From Minisyncoccota bacterium (GTDB lineage: Bacteria > Patescibacteriota > Minisyncoccia > Phycocordibacterales > UBA9973), in contig JBAZKU010000001.1 in NCBI GenBank assembly GCA_041650615.1, positions 91,763 to 155,762 on the forward strand: a DNA stretch of 64,000 bases, in the 5' to 3' direction. The position numbers were made by a program, and so were the translations under genes. The notes beneath the pieces were generated by a model, which was not told the DNA's origin, ran no database searches, and saw only the letters and a list, made by a program, of their open reading frames with translations. Below are positions 49,982 through 57,407 of the stretch, piece by piece. The stretch's first letter is position 1; the number at the start of each line of letters is the position of its first letter.

Positions 49982-50284
49982 TTATACTTTTGGTTTATCT
50001 AATTTTTCTATTCTCAGAATTTTAAATCCGAAATAGACAACGAATGCTACTATTAAAAAATCTATCACTACGCTTATTAAATCACCGTAAAGAATTTGAA
50101 CTGAGCCCATTCCAAACGAAGCGGTTTTTAATTCGCCGGTTACGCCAATAATTATGCTAAGAATCGGATTGATAATATCTGTTACCAAAGCACTAACTAC
50201 TTTAGAAACAGCTCCTCCTAAAATAAAACCTATAGCTAAACCAACCACTCCTTGCTCTCTAATGAAATCTATAAATCCTTTCAT
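49982..50284 (-). CDS. mscL: Large-conductance mechanosensitive channel
   Basis: FIDFI..VVGLAIGFILG..LVTDIINP; YGD..IDFLIVAF. Confidence 0.9.
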   Translation of the reverse strand: MKGFIDFIREQGVVGLAIGFILGGAVSKVVSALVTDIINPILSIIIGVTGELKTASFGMGSVQILYGDLISVVIDFLIVAFVVYFGFKILRIEKLDKPKV

Positions 50285-50299
50285 ATTTTTTATATTACG

Positions 50300-50377
50300 T
50301 TAGTAATTTTTTGATATGGGAACAATAACACCTACTATTATAATCACTGCAATTAAAACTATGAATATTATCAACAT
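50300..50377 (-). CDS. Putative 25-aa single-TM peptide
   Basis: MLIIFIVLIAVIIIVGVIVPISKNY* fills the gap between co-oriented genes. Confidence 0.4.
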   Translation of the reverse strand: MLIIFIVLIAVIIIVGVIVPISKNY

Positions 50378-50381
50378 AATT

Positions 50382-50831
50382 TTATACTAAATTTAATTGC
50401 TTATCTAGAGGAGGATATGAAAAATATACTCTTACGTTTTCTCCCTTTTTATATAATTCTATCATTTCAAAATTATCTCTTGGAATAAGCGAAAAGCCAG
50501 GTTTTTTGAGATATTTTTCTTTAAAGGAAGGATAATTTGAAACGGTAAAATCAGCATCTCCACGCTCTGGTTTCGTAGGGTCGGGCTGTCTGATTCTAAG
50601 AAGTTGTAATTTACCGGCAACAGTTTCAATAGGAGAAATTTTAAATAATAAACTGTTGGGTCTTTTTTCTATTACTGTTCCTAATCTATGAGTTTCTTTT
50701 TGAAATTTATAATATTCTTCTTCTGACTGGCAAAAAATGCAGGTATAATTAACAGGAATATTTTTCTGGTCCGTGTATTTATCCTTCAAAATTTCCGCAT
50801 CCCTAACTATATTTTGGATTAAAACCCTCAT
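50382..50831 (-). CDS. Hypothetical protein
   Basis: 149 aa ORF; RIRQPDPTKPERGDADF. Confidence 0.75.
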   Translation of the reverse strand: MRVLIQNIVRDAEILKDKYTDQKNIPVNYTCIFCQSEEEYYKFQKETHRLGTVIEKRPNSLLFKISPIETVAGKLQLLRIRQPDPTKPERGDADFTVSNYPSFKEKYLKKPGFSLIPRDNFEMIELYKKGENVRVYFSYPPLDKQLNLV

Positions 50832-50880
50832 AAATTTATTGTCCCCAATCTACTAATTTAATTTTTAAATCACTATTTAA

Positions 50881-51588
50881 TTAAAAACGAAAATCAAAAG
50901 TTTTTTTAAACTCGCCCTTCGACATATTGATTTTTTCTATAATATCATTCCTAATCTCTAGAGTGATTTTTTCTATTTCGTTGTTAATATTTTCAGCATC
51001 TTTTAATATATTGTCTATATTATCTAAAGTTTTATTTTTAAAAAGAGGATCTTTAAGGACTTCAATATTTTTACTATAGTTAAGAGCTATGGTTGCATAG
51101 CTGGTTGCCATTTGACTTAACTTGTCCTGTAGATTATTCCATTTCAAATTTTGTTCTGGGAAGTATGTGTCTATATATGTTGCTACTAAATCCATTCCGC
51201 CTTCCACATCTTTTTTAGACATTGTTTCATTAGTATCCTCATAAAATAGCTTAGAATTTAGTATTTTTTTATGCATCTTTATACCTTCAAGATAAATATA
51301 ACTTTTACTTTTTATACTTATTAATTTAGATATCACTTTTAAACCTTTATCTTCAATTGATTCAATAAGTCTTAAATTGTATGCATATTTTTTATCTTTT
51401 GAAGATTGAATTAAACTAAGAAAAAGTGCCATCACAGTAAAAAATCCTATAATAAAATTTGGATCAATTCCTTGGATTTCAAGAAATAATCTAAATTTAG
51501 TACAAAAAATATAAAAAACTAATAATGTTATTACAATTATTAAACCAATATGAATAATATAATTCTTAAGTTTTTTTATTTTATCCAT
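50881..51588 (-). CDS. Hypothetical membrane-anchored protein, very AT-rich
   Basis: Two N-terminal TM segments and a helical C-terminus. Confidence 0.7.
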   Translation of the reverse strand: MDKIKKLKNYIIHIGLIIVITLLVFYIFCTKFRLFLEIQGIDPNFIIGFFTVMALFLSLIQSSKDKKYAYNLRLIESIEDKGLKVISKLISIKSKSYIYLEGIKMHKKILNSKLFYEDTNETMSKKDVEGGMDLVATYIDTYFPEQNLKWNNLQDKLSQMATSYATIALNYSKNIEVLKDPLFKNKTLDNIDNILKDAENINNEIEKITLEIRNDIIEKINMSKGEFKKTFDFRF

Positions 51589-51592
51589 TTTG

Positions 51593-51663
51593 CTGGGAGA
51601 CTTGGAATCGAACCAAGATTCACGGCTTCAAAGGCCGCTGTCCTACCGTTAGACGATCTCCCA
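51593..51663 (-). tRNA. tRNA-Gln(TTG)
   Basis: tgggaga acceptor stem, gcggc-ct-TTG-aa-gccgt anticodon arm, ggttcgattcc T arm. Confidence 0.95.
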
Positions 51664-51669
51664 ATATTT

Positions 51670-52764
51670 TTACTGAACAGCTTTATCTTGCCCCAAAATC
51701 TTCACCAACGCAAGCTCCAACGGAAGCTCGGAAACAAAAGCTCGATCTATGTCATTATAAGCCTCAAGGAGAATTGAAAGCGCTGGAGAACGAAGAATAC
51801 CTTCTTTGTCGGACTTCACTAAACCCTTCAAGAATTCCAAATCTTCTTCTCCTAAATCCCCTACCATTCCTGCCTGCGCAGGCAGGTCTTTTTCTAATTT
51901 AGGTGCATATTTTAAAATTATAGCCATACGAAACTTCTCTATGATTAATTTGGAATAAAGTTTCATATCTAAACTTTCTCCTGCCGCTTTGCGAATAGTC
52001 ATAATCCCCTCTTCTAAATTTTTATTAGCGATAGCGGAAATGAAATCATTTACCAAGACTGTTTTCGGCGCGCCGGTTATTTTTTCTATATCTTCTCGTT
52101 TTACCAGCCTCGCCGAGTCTAGGCGGGTTTTTTTATCTCTACCGGAGAAATTTAAAACTTTTTGCAACGTGCCTAAGGCATCGCGGAATGAACCATCGCC
52201 CAAAATAGCTATCAATTCAGCTCCGCCGGCATCCAATTCAAAGCCTTCTTTTTTAGAAACTTCCAAAACCATTTTTTTAGAAGCAATATCGGAAGCCTTT
52301 CTAAAAGTGAAAACCTGACAGCGGGAGATAATGGTTTCCGGCACTTTATGAATTTCGGTTGTGGCTAAAATAAAAATAACATGCTTTGGCGGTTCTTCTA
52401 AGGTCTTCAGCAAAGCACCCCAAGCATCCTTGGAGAGCATATGTACTTCATCTATAATATAAACCTTATATTTTGAATCAAAAGGCAGAACCCTCGCCCC
52501 ATCCCGAAGCGCTCTGATATCTTCAATTCCCCTATTAGAAGCGGCATCTATTTCATAAAGGTCATTTTCTGAAACCCCTATATCTTTGGCAAAAATTCTA
52601 GCCACAGAAGTTTTGCCTGTGCCCCTAGAGCCCACAAAAAGGTAAGCATGCGAAACTTTATTAGTCTCTACGGAGCTTTCCAGCACTTTTACTATATGGT
52701 CTTGCCCGATGACTTCCTGAAAGGTTTTAGGTCTGTATTTTCTATATAATGCCAAATCATGCAT
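51670..52764 (-). CDS. dnaX: DNA polymerase III subunit gamma/tau
   Basis: LYRKYRP, GSRGTGKT, EIDAAS, DEVHML, SRCQ. Confidence 0.96.
   Translation of the reverse strand: MHDLALYRKYRPKTFQEVIGQDHIVKVLESSVETNKVSHAYLFVGSRGTGKTSVARIFAKDIGVSENDLYEIDAASNRGIEDIRALRDGARVLPFDSKYKVYIIDEVHMLSKDAWGALLKTLEEPPKHVIFILATTEIHKVPETIISRCQVFTFRKASDIASKKMVLEVSKKEGFELDAGGAELIAILGDGSFRDALGTLQKVLNFSGRDKKTRLDSARLVKREDIEKITGAPKTVLVNDFISAIANKNLEEGIMTIRKAAGESLDMKLYSKLIIEKFRMAIILKYAPKLEKDLPAQAGMVGDLGEEDLEFLKGLVKSDKEGILRSPALSILLEAYNDIDRAFVSELPLELALVKILGQDKAVQ
51869..51886. mobile_element. 18-bp perfect palindrome, in frame in dnaX
   Basis: cctgcctgcgcaggcagg; LPAQAG. Confidence 0.8.
52104..52127 (-). mobile_element. 24-bp in-frame insert in dnaX, short relative of the 39-bp family
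   Basis: Minus strand cccgcctagactcggcgaggctgg; TRLDSARL. Confidence 0.65.
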
Positions 52765-52783
52765 GGTTTGATTATAACCCGTG

Positions 52784-52877
52784 ATAAAAGAAATTCAAAG
52801 AATTTTAAGAGTCGTGGGTTCCCTGTCCTCACGGACTCCGAGGGCGAAGGCTCAGAAATTTTTTGAATTTCTTTTAT
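52784..52877 (-). mobile_element. Family D hairpin element upstream of dnaX
   Basis: 45-bp core 52809-52853; arms ataaaagaaattcaaa/tttgaatttcttttat. Confidence 0.8.
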
Positions 52878-52878
52878 T

Positions 52879-52996
52879 AAAAAAACTCAAGAATTAATGT
52901 TTTTGCCGGTACGGATTTTTTGAAGCTTAAAAAATCCTGAAGTTTTCGCGCCGTCGCGCTCAAAACCCCTTAAAACATTATTCTTGAGTTTTTTTT
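52879..52996. mobile_element. Family E hairpin element copy 2, overlapping the dus 3' end
   Basis: Core 52907-52970; arms aaaaaaactcaagaat/attcttgagttttttt. Confidence 0.78.
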
Positions 52997-54037
52997 ATTG
53001 AGAAAATCATTTATGATTTTCTCTACTTCTTTGGCATTTTTTGTTTTCATTAATTTTACCCGCAATTCTTTGGCTCCTTTAAAGTCATTTACATATGCCT
53101 TAAAATGTTTTTTCATAACGGAAAAATTTTTATGCTTAGGTTTTGAAAGTTCTTTCTCAAAAATTTGGGTGTGTTCTACAAGAACTTCTAATTTTTCCTG
53201 AATAAAACTGAACTCTCTTAAATTTTTTGTCCCCGAGGGTCCCACGGCGACCTCGCCGGGATCGGCGAAGGGCGCAGGGGCAGAAAATTTAAGAGAGTGA
53301 GGTTTTTGATTAAAAAACCATGGATTACCAAAAACCGCTCTCCCAATCATTATTCCATCGCAACCAGTTTCTCTTACTTTTTGTTTAGCTTCTTCCAGAC
53401 TTTGAACATCACCATTTCCTATTATCAGAGTTTTATATCCTAATTCATCGCGAATTTCCACGATTCTTTTCATTAATTCCCAATGCGCGGGGCCATTAGA
53501 CATTTCCTTGCGAGTTCGCAGATGTATAATCAATGCCGCTAAATTTTCTTTTAAAAGTCCTTTTACCCAAGTTTCAATTTCATTTTTATTATAGCCAATG
53601 CGAGTTTTGACCGAAACAGGCAATCCTTTTCCATCTTTCTGGACTGTGTGAATAATTTCTCGCGCTAATTTTAAATTTTTCATCAAGGCTGCGCCTGCCC
53701 CTTGCTTCTCAATTGATTTATCCGGACAGCCCATATTTATATCTATGCCGTCAAAGCCCAGTTTTTTACAAAGAGCGGAAGCTTTTCTCATATTTTCCGT
53801 ATTTGAACCAAATAATTGCACCACTATTGGATGTTCTTTTTTAGAAAATTTTAAATCAATTAGAAGTTTATCCTTCCCTTTTGCGTGAACAAGACCGTTA
53901 GCAGAAACAAATTCCGTCCAGATTACATCTGGTTTTCCATGTTGGGCTATCATCTGTCTGAAAGCGCAATCGGTGACATCCGACATCGGAGCTAGGCAGA
54001 AAAATGGTTTATTTAATTTTTTCCAAAAGTTGTTCAT
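52970..54037 (-). CDS. dusB: tRNA-dihydrouridine synthase
   Basis: LAPM, DINMGCP, SVKTRIG, GNGDV, MIGRA. Confidence 0.9.
   Translation of the reverse strand: MNNFWKKLNKPFFCLAPMSDVTDCAFRQMIAQHGKPDVIWTEFVSANGLVHAKGKDKLLIDLKFSKKEHPIVVQLFGSNTENMRKASALCKKLGFDGIDINMGCPDKSIEKQGAGAALMKNLKLAREIIHTVQKDGKGLPVSVKTRIGYNKNEIETWVKGLLKENLAALIIHLRTRKEMSNGPAHWELMKRIVEIRDELGYKTLIIGNGDVQSLEEAKQKVRETGCDGIMIGRAVFGNPWFFNQKPHSLKFSAPAPFADPGEVAVGPSGTKNLREFSFIQEKLEVLVEHTQIFEKELSKPKHKNFSVMKKHFKAYVNDFKGAKELRVKLMKTKNAKEVEKIINDFLNKKNSRIMF
53204..53306 (-). mobile_element. About 100-bp in-frame hairpin insert in dus, family D-related
   Basis: actctcttaaatttt...aaaatttaagagagt arms around a GC-rich core; encodes HSLKFSAPAPFADPGEVAVGPSGTKNLRE. 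Confidence 0.75.
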
Positions 54038-54045
54038 AAATCTTC

Positions 54046-54141
54046 CAAACTAAGAAAATTAAAAATTTTAAGAGTCGTGGGTCCCCTGTCCTCACGGACT
54101 CCGAGGGCGAAGGCTCAGAAATTTTTGAATTTTTTAGTTTG
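54046..54141 (-). mobile_element. Family D hairpin element between ftsQ and dus
   Basis: 45-bp core 54072-54116; arms caaactaagaaaatt/aattttttagtttg. Confidence 0.8.
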
Positions 54142-54146
54142 ATATT

Positions 54147-55016
54147 TTACTTGAATTTGTAATATACCTTATTCCCAAACCGAAGGTCAATATAAAGGAG
54201 TGAAGAATATTTATTTTTAAAATCTGATTTAAAGGGTTCCGTGCCAAGCACCGTTTGCAGATTTTCTGCCACTTTTTCAAAATCGGAATCTGTTTTTAAA
54301 ATTATTTTCGGTCCCAACTGTGATTCTGATGTGGAAGAGAGAAACATTTCTATATCTCCATTATCTTGTACATAAAATATTACCGGTTTTATTGCAATTT
54401 TTTCAAGTGTTTCTTTAAGTAATATTAATTTGCCAAAAATTGGTTGGGAAAAATAAGAGCCAAATGAAGCAGTTCCATAAAACTTCAAATAAACTTCTCC
54501 GGAGAAATAAGGAGCCTCATCAAAAATATAACCGCTATCATCCATAAAATAACATTTATTATTGTTTTGAATTTCAATCTCTGAATTATTTAACTCTGGT
54601 GGCATAGTACCACAATATGTATATAGCGCGGTTCTCTCGGTTAAAGAAATATCCAATGTTTGCAGATTTTTGATACTAATGGAAATATCTTTCAATCTTT
54701 TGAATTTATCAGCCAATTCTTTTTTTATTTCCCCTTTGGGATAAAGTAAAAAATTTGTTTTTGGCAAAACCCATAAAAAGTTACCGGCAATTTTTTCTTT
54801 TGCAATATCTTCAATCATTTTGGTTTCCACTACCTTGTTGCCCGAAATTTGGATATTATTTATATTTACTTTTTCCCATTTAGAGAGAAAAGACAGACCA
54901 ACCAAAACTAAAATAAGCAAAAAAACCAAAAAAAATATTTTTCTTCTTAAAATTTTACGTTGTTTTCTTTTTAATTCTAAAAGACGAGGAGAATTTAAAA
55001 CATTTTGATTTTTCAT
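54147..55016 (-). CDS. ftsQ: Cell division protein FtsQ/DivIB
   Basis: Basic N-terminus, TM, POTRA (IQISGN), C-terminal YIDLRFGNKVY. Confidence 0.8.
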   Translation of the reverse strand: MKNQNVLNSPRLLELKRKQRKILRRKIFFLVFLLILVLVGLSFLSKWEKVNINNIQISGNKVVETKMIEDIAKEKIAGNFLWVLPKTNFLLYPKGEIKKELADKFKRLKDISISIKNLQTLDISLTERTALYTYCGTMPPELNNSEIEIQNNNKCYFMDDSGYIFDEAPYFSGEVYLKFYGTASFGSYFSQPIFGKLILLKETLEKIAIKPVIFYVQDNGDIEMFLSSTSESQLGPKIILKTDSDFEKVAENLQTVLGTEPFKSDFKNKYSSLLYIDLRFGNKVYYKFK

Positions 55017-55090
55017 CCCAGTACTAAAATTTTAAGTTGTTAATAATCGTGGTCATTTCTCTTACTCAAAAATTTAGTACGGGACAGGTA
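55017..55090 (-). mobile_element. Start-codon-abutting hairpin element, family B copy 2
   Basis: Fills the whole serS stop to ftsQ ATG interval; near-identical to 13089-13162. Confidence 0.8.
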
Positions 55091-56356
55091 TTACTTGATG
55101 AATTCTTTTCCACCCATGTATTTTTTCAAAACTTCCGGAATTTTTACAGTGCCATCCGCCTGTTGATAATTTTCTAGGATAGCTGCCGGCAATCTTGAGG
55201 TAGCGCAAGCGGTGTTATTTAGAGAATGAACATATTTTGATTTTCCCTCTCTGTCTTTATATTTAATATTTAATCTGCGAGCTTGAAAATCATGAAAATA
55301 GGAAGAGGAGTGAGTTTCGCGATATTTGTTTTGAGAAGGCATCCAAGCTTCTATATCATATTTCTTTACTTGACCCAAACCGAGGTCGCCTCCGCAGTTG
55401 GCAACCACACGATATGGAATTTTTAATTCCTGCATTAAGTGTTCCACATGGTTTGTTATTTCTTCATGCAGTTTGGCAGATTCTTCATGGCTGGCTTCGC
55501 ATAATAAAACTTGTTCAAGTTTAAAAAATTCATGCACTCTAATTATTCCTTTCACATCTTTTCCATGACTTCCTGCTTCTCGCCTAAAACAAGGAGAAAA
55601 AGCGATAAACTTTTTAGGAAGCGAATCTTTTGGCAAAATTTCTCCCGAATAATAAGACATAGCCGCAACTTCTGCAGTACCGGCAAAATATTCTCCGTCT
55701 TGTGTCTTATACAAATCATCTTCACCTTGAGGCAAATATCCCGTACCCATTAATGTTTCTTTTCTTACAAGCGATGGCACAATCATCGGAATGTATCCTT
55801 TGTTTACAAAATAATCTAAAAAGTACTGCCAAAGCGCAAAAAATAATAAAGCCCCGTCATTTTTCATAAAGTATCCGCGAAAACCGGAAACTTTTGTGCC
55901 TCGCTCAAAATCAACCAAGTCAAGATTTTCCACAATTGCCACATGGTCTTTAGGAGTAAAATTAAATACGGGTCTTTCTCCCCAAGCCCTCACTTCAAGA
56001 TTTTCTTCATCACTTTTCCCATTAGGAACAGAAATGTCTGGAATATTTGGAACTTGCAACATAATCTTTTGCCATTCTTCCATTATTTTTCTTAATTTTT
56101 CCTCTTTTTCTTTTATATCTTCTTTTACCGCGCGCATTTCTTCAATTAGTTGCATCTTATGAGCGCTGTCTTGATTGCGAGAAATATCATTTGAAACTTT
56201 GTTTACTTCACCTCTCAAATCTTCCACTTCTTTGAGTTGTTTTAAACGTTCATCATCTAACGCAATAAGTTTTTCAATATCAACTTCTATGAATTTCTTT
56301 TTTGCGCCTTCTTTCACTATTTCTTTGTTTTCACGAATGAATTTGATGTCTAACAT
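55091..56356 (-). CDS. serS: Seryl-tRNA synthetase
   Basis: MLDIKFIR start at 56356; GTAE, FRREAG, RVHEF, HSLNNT. Confidence 0.97.
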   Translation of the reverse strand: MLDIKFIRENKEIVKEGAKKKFIEVDIEKLIALDDERLKQLKEVEDLRGEVNKVSNDISRNQDSAHKMQLIEEMRAVKEDIKEKEEKLRKIMEEWQKIMLQVPNIPDISVPNGKSDEENLEVRAWGERPVFNFTPKDHVAIVENLDLVDFERGTKVSGFRGYFMKNDGALLFFALWQYFLDYFVNKGYIPMIVPSLVRKETLMGTGYLPQGEDDLYKTQDGEYFAGTAEVAAMSYYSGEILPKDSLPKKFIAFSPCFRREAGSHGKDVKGIIRVHEFFKLEQVLLCEASHEESAKLHEEITNHVEHLMQELKIPYRVVANCGGDLGLGQVKKYDIEAWMPSQNKYRETHSSSYFHDFQARRLNIKYKDREGKSKYVHSLNNTACATSRLPAAILENYQQADGTVKIPEVLKKYMGGKEFIK

Positions 56357-56379
56357 ATTTGTATTATATACTATAGCGT

Positions 56380-57261
56380 ATGAAAATTCAAAAGCTCCCC
56401 AAAAATAAATTCCCGAGAGCCCTTTTGGAAATTCCGCAACCGCCGGAAGATCTTTGGATAATCGGCAACCTGCCAAAACCTGCCTGCGCAGGCGGGGAAA
56501 ACCTAATTTATTTATGTGTGGTGGGCTCGCGTAAATTTACTTCCTACGGAAAAGAAGCTTGTGAAAAGATAATTGCTGGTTTGAAAGGATATCCAATCGC
56601 CATAGTTTCCGGTTTTGCCATGGGTATAGACACCATAGCTCACAAGAAAGCGATGCAAGTCGGATTAAAAACGATAGTTTTTCCGGGTTCCGGGCTTTCA
56701 GATGAAGCGATGTATCCAAAAATGAATGTTCGCTTAATGAGAGAGGTGGTGGAAAAAGGCGGGTGCTTGATTTCCGAATTTGAACCCGATTTCAAAGCAA
56801 CTCAGTGGAGTTTCCCTATGCGCAATCGCCTAATGGCTGGTATTTCCAAATCCGTGCTGATAATAGAAGCGGAGGAAAAATCCGGTACTCTTATTACTGC
56901 CAGATTGGCTACAGAATACAATAGAGATGTGCTTGTTGTCCCTGGATCAATTTCTTCACCGTCTTCCAAAGGTACCAATAAATTAATCAAACAAGGCGCA
57001 ACGCCTGTAACCTGCGCGGAAGATGTACTGGAAGCTTTGGGATTTGAGTTAAAAAAAGATAAAGAAAAACAGCAAAAACTTTTTGAAGATTTGTCACCGG
57101 AAGAACAAAAAGTAGTAAAACTTCTTCGTGAACCGATTCCCCGCGATGATTTAATTCGCGCCATGAAAATGCCGACTCCTAACGCCAATGCGATACTTTC
57201 CATTATGGAAATAAAAGAACTGATAAAAGAAGAATTAGGTGAGATTAGGCTAGGTACCTAA
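56380..57261 (+). CDS. dprA: DNA processing protein DprA
   Basis: VVGSR, VSGFAMGID, FPMRNR, KSGTLITA. Confidence 0.96.
   Translation: MKIQKLPKNKFPRALLEIPQPPEDLWIIGNLPKPACAGGENLIYLCVVGSRKFTSYGKEACEKIIAGLKGYPIAIVSGFAMGIDTIAHKKAMQVGLKTIVFPGSGLSDEAMYPKMNVRLMREVVEKGGCLISEFEPDFKATQWSFPMRNRLMAGISKSVLIIEAEEKSGTLITARLATEYNRDVLVVPGSISSPSSKGTNKLIKQGATPVTCAEDVLEALGFELKKDKEKQQKLFEDLSPEEQKVVKLLREPIPRDDLIRAMKMPTPNANAILSIMEIKELIKEELGEIRLGT
56479..56496. mobile_element. 18-bp palindrome variant, in frame in dprA
   Basis: cctgcctgcgcaggcggg; PACAGG (different frame from the LPAQAG copies). Confidence 0.75.
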
Positions 57262-57407
57262 TCGCAAGGCCGGAGCACGACGGTGCGAGGCGAGCTCAAC
57301 AGAATTTTTTAGTAGAAAAATATCTGGAGAGATTAAATTGGCTTGACCCTTCTTTTCATCAGGACAAGTTTGCAAAAAAAAACTATTTCGTGTAATACTT
57401 AGCAAAT

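Noticed and set aside
56357-56476. N-terminal extension of SerS
   Set aside because: It overlaps dprA on the other strand; MLDIKF at 56356 is the canonical start.
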